Assembly (NCBI RefSeq): GCF_004010195.1
Contig: NC_057718.1
Location: 82,052,711-82,116,710, forward strand
Length of the DNA: 64,000 nt
From: Chiloscyllium plagiosum
Lineage: Eukaryota
Reading direction: 5' to 3'
Positions 25,781 to 37,930 of the stretch are shown in pieces (position 1 is the stretch's first letter; each line of letters opens with the position of its first letter). The notes beneath the pieces are model-generated. The model worked only from the letters and a program-made list of their open reading frames with translations, had not been told where the DNA came from and made no database searches. Both the position numbers and the translations under genes were made by a program.

Positions 25781-28275
25781 TTCTGAGGGTATTGCGTTTG
25801 ATGCATTGCACATGGTCTTCCAAAATGCACTTGCAAATGTGCCACATAACAGACTTGTTGGCAAAGTCAAAGCCTAAGGAACAATGGTGACATGTCCAGT
25901 GTCTGCAGTCCTCACTTTCTGCTGTAACATTCTTTAGGATATCCTGAGTTCATGAAGTGCAGTGTGAAAACAAAAAAAAGTCATTTTCTCCACCTGCAGG
26001 TGGTCATGGCTGACTTCTGTTCAGCAATTATTTCACCTGATACCAGTAATTATACAAAAGAAAAGTGTCCTTTTTATATGCCTTGCTGCACAACAGCAAA
26101 TATCAAATTGACTTCAAACGTAGGTATTGGGTTTAATATATAGGTATGGGCATGAAAAGCTTTCAATTATGGAAAACGTATATAGTTTGAATGCAGTTTT
26201 ACGCTGCTGATGGATAATTTCCATTTCAAGCCACAGGATGGCAGACTGTTCCCTTGTTTAAAAAAAAATTGGTTATTATTTTCAGAGTCTGAATAACAGC
26301 TGCATATTATGCTAAACCGGTATCAGGTCTAAGTTGAATTGTTTGTTTTTCTATCCTGTGCTATTTCATTGTCTGTAAAACAGACTTCTATTGTGAGACT
26401 TTACGATCATATTGTACATTTAACAGATCAGTGAATTACAGTTTCAAGCAATTTACGTTTAGTTTCTTGTTGGCTGTGTAAGAAGAGGATGACTTAATTG
26501 AGAAAGCATTAAAGAAAAATTTTATAAACAGTGAAAATACTTTAAATCATATAAATATGCAAATGATATAGCATCTGAAAGACAGAGTTTATTTTTAAAA
26601 GCATTCTTCCTGGTCCCCTTCCTGGTCTTGTTGCACTAGATCAGAAAAGATAGAGGCATAAAAATACACTTGCAACAACTTTCATTTGTTTCACTTTTGC
26701 ATTTGCTTTTGTTTGACCAAGTAGGCTTACCTCATGAAATAATTTTAGGAAAAGTTCTGGAAGTGGACAAATGCTGGATTAGTGCAAACTCCAACAACTC
26801 ACATTGCAAAGAACTTCTAGCACCAAAATGAGTCAGTCAATTCAACTTATCTATGCCAGTGTTTGTGCTCCGTTCTGCCTTCCTCCCACCTTACTTCATC
26901 TCACCTCCTGGCATCAGTTACTGTTCAGTAATGAGCAACTCATTAGATGACTTGAGTTGTTAGGAGTCACACTCATTTTGGCATAACTGCTTTGGGGCAG
27001 CTCAAGCTTGCATATGGCAGCAATGCATCCATTGATTTTTCTCTTATAATTATCTACTGAAGGGTTTGACATTTTTGGAAGCATAAATCTCAGTGCTACA
27101 GTTTTACTGTTAAGCTTTAATTATAAAGTTCAGCAAAGTTGGAGGGAGCGGGGGGGGTAGTTGGATTAGGTTGTGTAAAATGATACGCTGTCAGCCGATG
27201 ACTATACAGTTTGTCTCATCCAAAAACACAATTTGTTTAAAAAGCAGCCCTGACTTCTATCTGTGTATTTATCTTTTGTTACTGTAAACATGGAAAGTTC
27301 AATTATGTGAATGCTGGCACAATGTTGCCTCTAATCATTGAAATGAGTTTTTACCTATAGCCACCTTGAGTAATATTTGTTAAAAGCTTTTTAACCACCT
27401 AAATACAGAACCTGTTTATAATCCAACTTCCATTTAATCTTTCACCTTTGGAATCCATGATACACTTATCTCAAAGTCCATTAACGGCAGGTTTAAATTG
27501 CCTTGAGTATTGAATGTGTTATCATCAGTGCTTCCATATGTTTTATATAGCATTTCAGTTGTATGTCTAGTAATACAGTCTAAAGTCTAATGTTATTAAT
27601 TAAACCATGCCTTTGTCAAAGTTGATTTTGAGATTAACTTGACCTAACAGCAAATTTGGTGCAATAAAATTGGTTGTAATTTGTGGCTCTGTAGCAGTGT
27701 AGTTTTATTAGATTGACAAAGACAATTTTAGGTGTGAAACTTTATCAGTTAACACCTGTGGCTCTGAATCAAAAGGTTTTGGATTCATCGGTTTTCAAAG
27801 AGTTAAGCACAGACCAGTGAAGGAGTGCTGTCCTGTTGGAGGTGCTGTCTTCTGTGCAAAATGTCAGTCTGAAGCCTCGTCTGCACTAATTGTTGGGCAT
27901 AAAATGTCTCAAAACACTTCAGGAGAGAGCAGGTTTTTCTTAGTGTCCTATCACTCCATGTACATGATTCCAAATAGCTATTCTCGTCATTATCAGCAAG
28001 TAATTGTCCCCTTTCTTGGATTACAACAAAATAAATGCTGCACAAATACATAATTGTCTGTAAAGCAAATTGCAATCTTGTGTAAGATGCTATATAAATA
28101 CAAGTTTTTTTTCTAACGGTTATCTATTCTGTTAAAATAGCTTGAACAAGAACTTTAAAAATACATATTAAAGATTGACCTCTAACACAATTAGTTGCAA
28201 TTTCTCTCTCATGGTTACAAGCCCTAAAGACATTCAAAACATCATCTCATTTCTATTATATTTTTTGCCCTGAAG

Positions 28276-28498
28276 ACCACAGATCTGCATTCTTCTCCAA
28301 TCTGGCAACCTTTGACTATCCCACTACAGAGGCTGGGGTTGGAATCTAAGAAGGACCAAAGCACCCAAACGGTTGGTCTATTTTACCCATCCTGTAAGAT
28401 GCTGGAGAAGAAGGAGATGGAAGTCATAATGGAACAAGAAAGACAGCAGAAGATGACCGATCGACGTCCCCTTCTAACAGCCATCAGCCCTGGAAGGG
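28276..28498 (+). CDS. DZANK1: DZANK1 exon TTDLHSSPIWQPLTIPLQR...STQTVGLFYPSCKMLEKKE...DRRPLLTAISPGR(G), phase 0 to 1
   Basis: Acceptor tttttgccctgaag, donor AGG G|gtgcgt, 223 nt. Conserved TQTVGLFYPS and PLLTAISPGRG. Confidence 0.94.
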
Positions 28499-30508
28499 GT
28501 GCGTAATGTTGCTTATATGCTTGAAATCCAAACGTATCTAGGATACAGCATCCAGTTTAAGCAGACCCTACTTAACATACTACAATTCTATCATGTCCAA
28601 TAACAATCACTGAGTCAACATAGGTGTGGCAACAGTAACATTGTTTTAGCTGCGATGCATTCATTTTAGCATAAAAGACCTTGCTTACATGTACACAGCA
28701 GAGGTAAATGTACTTCCTGTGTTTACTGACTGAACAGACAGCTTCCACATTTAAATAACCAAGACAGTAAAGATTTTCAGGTGCCGGTGTTGGAACGGGC
28801 TGTACAAAGTTAAAAATCACATGACACCTAGTTGTAGGCTATCAGGTTTATTTGTAAGCACTAGCTTTTGGAACACTGCTCCTTCATCAGGTGGTCGTGG
28901 AGTATAAGATCGTAAGACACAGGATTTAAAGCAAAAGTTTACAGTGTGATGTAACTGAAATTATATATTGAAAAAGACCTAGATAGTTTGTTGAGTCTCT
29001 CATCTTTTAGAATGAACATGTTCATTTCGGTTCTTTCATATGTAAATTCCAGAACTTTTTTAAAGTTACATTCTCAAGTGAACTTTAACAATAGGTGCCA
29101 TGTTGGCCCAGATAGTGCATTGAAGGTGTGAGGCTGTCTGTGCCACAATGTTCAGACTGTCTCTAATCTAAAAAAGGGCTTTACAGAATCTTATGTGGAT
29201 TCATGCAGTTTTTGAGCAAAATAAAATGTAATTCTGCAAGTACAAATTCGCCCCACAAACTTTGTGTGTGTGTGTGTGTGTGTGTGGTGCAATGGTGTCA
29301 CCTGCAGTGTGACATGAATCCAAGGTCCCTATTGAGGCCATCCCCATGGGTACCGAACTTGGCTATCAGCCTCTGCTCAGACACTTTGCATTGTTGCCTG
29401 TCCCGAAGTCCACACTGGGGGATGATCACCTGAAGGTCTGAGGTTGAATGTCCTGGACCACTGAAGTGTTCTCCGACGGGGAGGGAGCAATCCTGTCTGT
29501 TGATTGTTGTGCGGTGTGCATTTATCCATTGCCATATCCTCTGCTCAGTCTCACCAAAGTACCATGCCTCAGGGCATCCTTGCCTGCAGTGTATCAGATA
29601 AACAACGTTGGCCGAGTCATATGAGTACCTGCCACTTACATGGTGGGTGGTGTCCCCACATGTAATGGTGATATCCGTGTCGACACTGACACATCTCAGA
29701 CGCTGCAAGATGTGTCAGTGTCAACAAGGATACCACCATCATACGTGGGGACACCACCCACCATGTGCGTGGCAGGTACTGATGTGACTTGGCCAGTCAA
29801 GGATGCCTTGAGGCATGATACAGCAACGGATAACGGATGAATGGATACTGCACAACAATCAACAGACAGGATTGTTCCCTCCCAATCGGAGAACACTTCA
29901 GCGCTCCGGGACATTCGACCTCAGACTTTTGGGTGACCATCCTCCAATACAGACTTTGGGACAGGCAACAAAGCAAAGTGACCGAGCAGAGGCTCGTAGC
30001 CATGTTTGGTATCCATGTGATTGGCGTCAACCAGGACCTTGGGTTTATGTCACACTACAGGTGAACACACACACACCCTACAGACCCACGAGCACCCACT
30101 CACAGACTTATAACCGTTTACACTCACACTCACATACATATGCATTCACACTCTCTCATAGACCCACATACACCCTCGTGCGCAGACACCCACATGCGCG
30201 TACACACACACAGACACTCATACCCCCCTCGCGTGCACGCACCGACATGTACGCACACACATATAAGTTTGTGGGGTGAATTTGTACTTGTAGAATTTCA
30301 TTTTATTTTGCTCAAAAACTGCATGAATCCATATAAGATTCTGTAAATCCCTTATTTAGTCAGTCTGAACATTGGGGCACAGACAGCCTCACACAAGACA
30401 CCTCACACCTTAAGTGCATTATCTGGACCAGCATGGCACCTATTGTTAAAGTTCACTTGAGAATGTAACTTTAAGAAAGTTCTGGAATTTACAAATGAAA
30501 GAACGGAA

Positions 30509-30812
30509 ATTAGATTACTTACAGTGTGGAAACAGGCCCTTGGGGCCAACAAGTTCACACCGACCCGCCGAAGCGCAACCCACCCATACCCACTCCCCTA
30601 CATTTACCCATTCACCTAACACTACGGGCAATTTAGCAGGGCCAATTCACCTAACCTGCACATCTTTGGACTGTGGGAGGAAACCGGGGCATCTGGAGAA
30701 AACCCACGCAGACACAGGGAGAATGTGCAAACTCCACACAGTCAGTCGCCTGAGGCCGAAATTGAACCCCGGTCTCTGTCGCTGTGAGGCAGCAGCGCTA
30801 ACCACTGTGCCA
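30509..30812 (-). mobile_element. HE1-type tRNA-derived SINE inserted in the right arm of the fold-back
   Basis: Reverse complement begins GGCACAGTGGTTAGCGCTGCTGCCTCACAGC, B-box GGTTCAATTTC; absent from the left arm. Confidence 0.9.
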
Positions 30813-30975
30813 TCACTCTAACTCTAACCCTAACCCTCGCCCTCGCCCTATGAACATGTTCATTCTAAAAGATGACAGACTCAACAAACAATCCAGGTCT
30901 TTTTCAATATATAATTTCAGTTATATCACACTGTAAACTTTTGCTATAAATTCTGTGTCTTGCGATCCTATACTC

Positions 30976-31010
30976 CACCTGATGAAGGAGCGGCGCTCCG
31001 AAAGCTTGTG
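30976..31010 (+). ncRNA. Minimal hammerhead ribozyme motif (PLE type)
   Basis: CAC-CTGATGA-A-GGAGC(ggc)GCTCC-GAAA-GCTT-GTG. Confidence 0.7.
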
Positions 31011-31498
31011 CTTCCAAATAAACCTGTTGGACTAAAACCTGGTATTGCGTAATTTTTAACTTAAGACAGTAAGAAGCTCTATGATCAAAAATGATTGCCC
31101 ACTCTATATCTTTCATCTCATTATTTTTCTATAATGCAGAAAACATCATTCAAGTTTACGATCATAGCCAGCACTGTATATTGTGCATTTTTGAAACTAA
31201 TCAGAAATGCACCTAGCCACATGCCTTCCAGTTGGCCACATGTCGCTTTGCTGTAAGCTAAGTGTAGCTGATGACTAATGTATTTAGCAACACAGCTCTA
31301 CTTTTTACAGTTTCTGCTCCACTGATGCAAAGGCATTGTTAAGAATGGAGACACTAAGCTTGTGAAATTCTAATGACCAAATGTAATGGAATTACAGTAC
31401 AGTAAACATTCAAGAAACAGTGCTACTTGCAATTACTGAGTGACTAGAACTGGATGGCCTCCACTAAAGCTCGAGTTCAGATAGGGTAATGTTTAAAA

Positions 31499-32380
31499 CA
31501 GTGTGGTGCTGGAAAAGCACAGCAGGTCAGGCAGCATCCGAGGAGGAGGAGAGTTGGGCATGGACGTGACGAGGGAGTCGCGGAGGGAACAGTCTTTACA
31601 GAAAATGGATAAGGGTGGGGAGGGAAATATATCTCTGGTGGTGGGGTCCGTTTGTAGGTGGCGGAAATGGCTGAGGATGATGCGATGTATACGGAGGTTC
31701 GTGGGGTGGAAGGTGAGGACCAGGGGGATTCTGTCCTTGTTGCGGTTAGAGGGCTGGAGTTCGAGGGCGAAAGCGCAGGAAGTGGATGAGATGAGCTGGA
31801 GGGCACCATCAACCACGTGGGAGGGGAAATTGTGGTGATTAAAGAAAGATGCCATCTAGTGTTTTCTGTGGTGGAACTGGTCCTCCTGGGAGCAAATGCG
31901 GAGGAGGCGGAGGAATTGGGAATAAACTGTATATTGGGAATTGGGAATAAGGTGGCGCCAATGCAGTCATCAATGTAGTGGAGAAAGAGGTGGGAAATGG
32001 TGCTGGTGTAACTGCAGAAGATGGACCGTTCCACATACCGACAAAGAGACAGGCATAACTAGGCCCCATGCGGGTGCCCATGGCTCCCTCTTGCGTCTGG
32101 AGGAAGTGGGGGGATTCAAAGGAGAAATTTTTGTGGGTGAGAACCAGTTCAGCCAAATGAATAAGATTGTCAGTGGAAGGGTACTGGCAGGGATGTCGAG
32201 AGAGGGAAAAACAGAGGGCTTGGAGACCGTGGTCATGGCGGATGGATGTGACTAGGACGGGATGTCCATGGTGAAGATAAGGCATTGGGGGCCAGGGAAG
32301 CAAAAGTCTTGAAGGAGGTGGAGCACGAGGTGGTGTCTCAAATGTATGTATGGAGTGCCTGGACTGGGGGATAGGACAGT
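31499..32380 (-). mobile_element. Penelope-like element RT fragment
   Basis: LAELVLTHKNFSF..FLQTQEGAMGTRMGPSYACLFVG, FLHYIDDCIG, RIPLVLTFHP. Confidence 0.9.
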
Positions 32381-32409
32381 ACTCCTGGTGAACAGTTGGT
32401 GTAGACTAT

Positions 32410-32830
32410 TTTCATAGAAACATCAAAAATAGAGCAAGAGTAGGGGCCTTTGAGCCCTCTCCACCATTCATTATATCATAGCTGATAGTCCAACTCAATA
32501 GGCTATTCTTGTTTCTTTCCCCATATCTTTTGAACTCTTTAGCCCCAAGTGCTATATCCAATTCCTTAAAATCACAATGTTTTGGAGTTGACTGTGTTCT
32601 GTGGTCACAACTTCTGCAGGCTCACCAGTCTGGGTGAAAAAATTTCTCCTCTGTGCTAATGACCTACTTCCCATCCTCAGACTGTGACTCCTGGTTCGGA
32701 ACTCCTTCACTATTTGGAACATTCTTCCTGCATCCACCTTGTCTCTTCCTGTTGGAATTTTATAGGTTTCTATGAGATCTCCCCTCATCCTTCTGAACTC
32801 CGGCAAATGCAATCCTAACTGCCTCAACCT
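32410..32830 (-). mobile_element. CR1 3' fragment
   Basis: EFRRMRGDLIETYKI...TRSHSLR. Confidence 0.8.
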
Positions 32831-33944
32831 CTTTTCGTGGAGATTTCATGGAATAAAATATTACTGTGGTTGGAACCTGATCTAATTCACTTTGGTAGGA
32901 CGAGGTGTGCCTTGGATTACCTCTTCAAGATGAAACTCTATGAGAAGAGAACATGACATGGATTGCCTTGTGAAGGTTCTCTGGACTGAATAACATTGGG
33001 TGAGATTCAACTGGTGAATATATCCTTGCCTGTATCACTAGGGTATAGTAAGATGGTACTGATAAACGAGTGTTTTCCATGTCTACTTTTGGGTTAATTT
33101 CATAATAGGCAATATGCACATCATGAGGATTTCTACCATCAAATAAAAAAACTGCTGCTCGGAAGGTATTGTTTCTGTAGCGACAAATGTGCATAAGATA
33201 AATAATGTTAGGAATTCAGATCTCATTTTGTGGAAAATAAGAACAGACATAGACCATTCAATCTCTAAAGTTCTGTCTTGGCAGATTTCTATATTAATGC
33301 TGTTTATCCACTTTTATGTCCCTTGATGCCCATGTAAATATTGCGTCTGATCTTTGCCTTACTTGAGGTAACTGGAAACTTGAAAACCACACCACTCAAA
33401 GATATTACAATATTATTTCTTTGACTTCTGCATTTTTTTGGTAAATCTGTCTTCCAGAGAACTGATCAGTTAGTAACACTGTTTATAATCTCTCCAGTAG
33501 CTATCCATAATAGAAAAGAACACTTGTCATTTATATAGCACCTTTTACAGCCTGAGGATAAACCGAGGAGATTTGCAGGCAATAAGGGTTTTTTTTTTTG
33601 GCAGTATATGTTAAACTTTTTGCAGCCAGTGGGTGAATGGAGAGACCAGAAATCAATGTTTACTTACTTTTAGATTTATTAACCAAGTGAGAAATTGAAA
33701 CGTCTAGCTCTAACTCTAGAAACATGCCACCAGAGTCAATAAATGTTTCTTTATACTTGTAATCAGTTAAAAAAAACAAGTTATCAACCCCTTAAAGGGC
33801 ACTTTCACATTATTGCAACAAAACAGGGTCTACAAGAGAAAGTCATTAAATTAAAAGTAACATTTCCAGAATGAACGGGGCACACCGACTGCTGCGGTAC
33901 TCTGGTTGTGGAAAGGCTCATGTGCTTTGGTTGATGTCACATGC

Positions 33945-34740
33945 ATTTTTTTTTGACTAATTGATTTGATTTATTGTCACATGTACCTCTGTACAGTGAA
34001 AAGCTATGTTTGCAAGCAGTACAGGCAGATCATAGTAAGCAAGGACTCACAGATCATAGGGTGAAAAAGAAAACTTGCACAGAATGAGGCATACAGGTTA
34101 CATCACACAGGATGTGCATGAGACAAAATCAGCATTAACAAGATCAACATTATTTGAAGTTGGAGAGTCCATTAATCTGTCTAATAACGGCAGGAAAGAA
34201 GTTGTTCTTGAACCTGTTGGTGCATGCGTTCAAGCTTCTGTATCTTCTGCCTGATGGAAGAGGTTGCAGGAGAGCATTACTGTGGTGGGATGGGTTTTGG
34301 ATGATGCTCGCAGCCTTTCCGTGGTGAAGAGAGTTGTAAATGGAATCTATGGATGGCTTCCATGATGGTCTGGGCCGTGCCTACAACCTTCTGTAGTTTC
34401 TTATGGTCTTGGGCAGAGCAGTTGCCATACCAGGCCATTATCCACCTAGATAGTATACTTTCTATGGTGCATCTGTAAAAGTTGGTGACAGTCCTTATGA
34501 ACATGCCAAATTTCCTGAGCCGCCTGAAGAAGAGGTGTTATTGTGCCATCTTGACTGTTGCATCTACATGGGAAATCCAAGACAAGTTGCTGGTTATTGT
34601 CACTCCTAGAAACTTGATGCTCTCAACCCAAAAGATGTTTTCTTTTGTTTTGCTGACACAGAGAGAGAGGTTGATATCATTGTACCACATCACCAAGCCC
34701 CCTATCTCCTTTCTGTATTCTGACTCATCATTGTTTGATA
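33945..34740 (-). mobile_element. Rex1/Babar-type non-LTR retrotransposon 3' fragment
   Basis: NFYRCTIESILS..I.AWYGNCSAQD.KKLQKVV; AATCA-type tail. Confidence 0.82.
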
Positions 34741-35076
34741 TGCTTCATCTCCAGGGACACGTATGGATCTAACTGCAGAAGAGAGGCAGGCAGTTAAACC
34801 CAATGAACCCCCTTAGCCACTGGTTGCCTGAAATTATTTATGGCCATCTCAGCCAGGGCTGGGAGCAGACCCAAATCCAATCTGCTCATCTGCTTCTGCA
34901 CCAAATTGTTGCACTTGAACCCCCACATTCCTGATCTATAGCCAAACTTTGAGGTGTAGTCTGTACAAGTGATGGAAAGTTTCTGCAACCTGACATATTC
35001 TGTATGTCCATGGCACACTGACTCCTTAAAGCCACAGAAAATAAGTGTGATCTGGGAGTCTGTGTTTTTTTCTATA

Positions 35077-35288
35077 CAGGTAGTTCTTCAATAACACGAT
35101 GGTTGCTTTCTTGTGCAACCCCGAATGATAGAAAAATCGTTCTATAGAAATTGTACTTAAATTGTTGACAATGTAATGGCGTTACAGCCGACACTCATTT
35201 TAAAAGTTTGTATGTTTAAACAGTATCCCCAATTCATCAATATGGCGAATTCACGTTAACGAAACGCACATTATAGCAGAAAGACCTG
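35077..35288. mobile_element. Tc1/mariner (Tigger-like) MITE, ~212 bp
   Basis: TA|CAGGTAGTTCTTCAATAA ... TTATAGCAGAAAGACCTG|TA: imperfect terminal inverted repeats with TA target duplication. Confidence 0.7.
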
Positions 35289-35302
35289 TACAATGTGAAC
35301 GA

Positions 35303-35658
35303 TTACTTGCAGCTGGTGTTTTTTTGTCACTGCCTTTATCCCTTCCAAAACAGTGTACTTAGCTGGCTCCTTATGCAGCCACTGGTGCACAGCAGGAACC
35401 GATGGCAGTGTGCCGTTGTAATGGGGCATCCAGGGAGGAGATGTCAACTGCGATGTTCTCAAATATCATTGATGAATGAGTGCATGATGATGGCCTTAGA
35501 GGCTGTATCCATGTCAGGATTAACCTCCATTGGAGGCATAATAATGGAATAATTTTTTTTCTGTATCTTTTTCTCTTAACGTCCTGTGCTTCCTTGGCAT
35601 CCTTCATGGAAACTAGAGCTTTCTTCTCATCAACTCTGGATACAGCCACTTCGGGCAC
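35303..35658 (-). pseudogene. Degenerate histone H2B-like pseudogene, antisense in DZANK1 intron
   Basis: Mosaic of three frames: (M>V)PEVAV...KRKRYRKK.NYSII..VNPDMDTASKAIIMHSFIND/IFENIAVDISSL/..HYN...AVHQWLHKEPAKYTVLEGIKAVTK/TSCK*. Collinear with H2B ([62 protein letters not shown]). Start codon lost, several frameshifts. Confidence 0.88.
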
Positions 35659-36049
35659 TGAATAACTTGTGCTCTGTGTTTGAAAATGATGGTATCAAGA
35701 CCATACTTTAAAGTGACATTTTAAAATTTCACCAGTCATTTTTGTTTTATCTGTGCATGGGATGTGAACAATGAATTATCCAATCAGCCCTCCCCCACCC
35801 ATCTGCACTCAAACCTTAATTGATGCAATGAACAGTGTAGCCATTGATTAACATACAAAACATAGCAGCCATTTTGTACCCAACATAGTTCTATAAACAT
35901 CATGCAATAAATGACCAGATCATTTGCAATGATTTTGTGGATTTAAAGCAACAGTGTACAAGGTGCAACTCCCTTTTTGTACGTCAGTTTGATAGTCTGA
36001 GACACAACTCAAAAGCTGGGGAATGATGACTATAATTAAGCAAGGTTTT

Positions 36050-36835
36050 AATGTGCATTTATAGAGACAGTACAGTATAATTTAGAGGATATAGGCCGTT
36101 CTCTGCACAATGAGCGTGAGTCCAGGAGGCTGTGTTGCCTGCATGGTGCCATGGTTAAGAACATCTCCTTGGGGTTGGAGAGAAACTTGGAGTCAGAGAG
36201 TAGTGATCCAGATGTTGTCATCCACAGTGATACCGCTCACATTGATAGAACTAGAAAGGGGATTATGTTGGTATGAGCCTAAACTAAAAAACATCATCTC
36301 TGGATTACTGCTGAATCCACAGGCAAATTAACAATTTGTATATAAAGTCAAGGACTTAAATACATGACTTAGAGTGGCATAGCAGGAATGGGTTTCTGTT
36401 CCTAGGACACAGACAACATTACTGGGATAAAAGGAATCTGTTGTGATGGAATGGGCTTCACTTGAACCATGCTAGGACCAGTGTCCTGGCAGATCATGTA
36501 ACTAGTATTGTAGAGAGCACTTTAAGCTAATTATTGGGAGTATGGTTTTGAAGAGAGGATCCACAGTCTCATCAAGCAAAAGGATATGGCAAAATTGGAT
36601 AACGACTGTTTTGATGATGATACCCAGAGTGGGATGGGAAGAAACAGACTATACAAGCATAAAAAAGCAGCAACTAGGATCAACAGGAGAAAAAATATAA
36701 TAAAAAGGCAAAATTAAAGGGTCTTTCCTTAAATGTGTGTGGTATTCAGAATAAAATAGATGATTTAACAGACCAAATAGAATTAATGGGTATGATTGAA
36801 TAGCCATTAAAGAGACATGTATACAAGGTGATCAA
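36050..36835 (+). mobile_element. Decayed CR1 5' region (ORF1 esterase and start of ORF2 endonuclease)
   Basis: Frameshifted CCLHGAMVKNISLGLERNLE..DPDVVIH and ...IQNKIDDL..QI...GYD.IAI.ET. Confidence 0.65.
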
Positions 36836-36849
36836 AGTCTCAAGCATGC

Positions 36850-37930
36850 CCAGTTGAGTCAAGTTGCTAAATCTGTTCAAAGTCGGCATTGTTTAACGTG
36901 GTAAATAGTATCATGCAACATGATAGAAGGTAATATGAAGACAGGACTTTGTCTCTACAAGGACGATGTGGTGGTCACTCTTACCAATGTTGTCATGGCA
37001 GCTGCATATGCGACAGGCAGATTACTGAGAATGGCGTTCAGTATGTTATTCCCTCACCACCTGCCACAGACTCAGTCCAGTAGCGACACTGTTAAAGACT
37101 CAACCGGCAGATTACTGAGAATGGTGTTCAGTATGTTTTTCCCTCTTGTTGATTCCCTCACCACCTGCCACAGACTCAGTCCAGTAGCGACACTGTTAAA
37201 GACTCAACCAGTTCGGTTGGTAGTGATTGACATTGAAGTTGCCCACCAGAGTACGTTCTGCTGCCTTGCCCACTCGAAGCTTCCTTCAGATTTGATGTGC
37301 GTGGAGGAATACTGATTCATCAGTCAGGAGAGGAATGGGATATGTGGTAATCAGCAGATGAGCTCCTCACCATTCTTTGACCCGAATCATGTTGAGGCTT
37401 CATAGGGCAGCTCCCTCCCTATTTGTACCTGTGCCTTCAACTCTGCTAGGACTGTCTTGCTGGTGGGGCAGAACATACCCAGAGATGGAGAAGGTGACAG
37501 TGGTGCTTGGGACATATGATTCCATGAGTATGACTGTCAGGCTGGTGCTTGACAAGTCTGTGAGACAGCTGTCTCAGTTTAGCACTTGCCCCCAGTTGTT
37601 AATATGGAGGACTTTGCAAGGTCAGCAGGGTTGTGTTTTCTTTTGTTGTTTTCAGTACCAGGTCGATGCCAGCATCTCCATCTGATTTCATTCCTTTCTA
37701 CATGGTCCAGAAGTTGATACAGCTGAGTAGCTTGCTGGGCCATTTCAGAAGGCATGTGAGAGTTAACCACATTGTTGTGGATGTGGAATCAGACAAGATA
37801 AGGATGACCGTTTCCAGTGAAGCCAATGGGTTTTCACTACAATTGGGGATGGTTTTGTGGCCATGATGATACCCAGAGCAGGACAGGATGAATTCCAGAC
37901 TTTTATTGAATTCAAATTCCACCATCTGAC
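36850..37930 (-). mobile_element. Old CR1/L2-clade LINE remnant containing a 90-bp tandem duplication (37016-37209)
   Basis: G(D>N)FNV.H endonuclease motif on -. Related sequence at 46770-47030. Confidence 0.55.

Larger units (their letters stand above)
28771..31062. mobile_element. Large PLE fold-back insertion: two inverted GIY-YIG-plus-terminal-repeat arms, axis ~29702
   Basis: GIY-YIG ORF on - (29298-29708, NVVYLIHCRQGCPEAWYFGET) and again on + (29837-30064). Inverted termini; 10-bp TSD aagacagtaa at 28761-28770 and 31063-31072. Confidence 0.92.

Noticed and set aside
26231..26244. CTCF-like CCACAGGATGGCAG
   Set aside because: Two mismatches in the core.
26731..26816. Minus-strand exon-like segment with GAG|gtaag donor
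   Set aside because: Stops in all three frames.
28283..28498. Alternative acceptor accacag at 28282
   Set aside because: Out of frame with the upstream phase-0 exon.
34794..35018. 74-aa minus ORF downstream of the H2B relic
   Set aside because: No recognisable homology; length within chance expectation.
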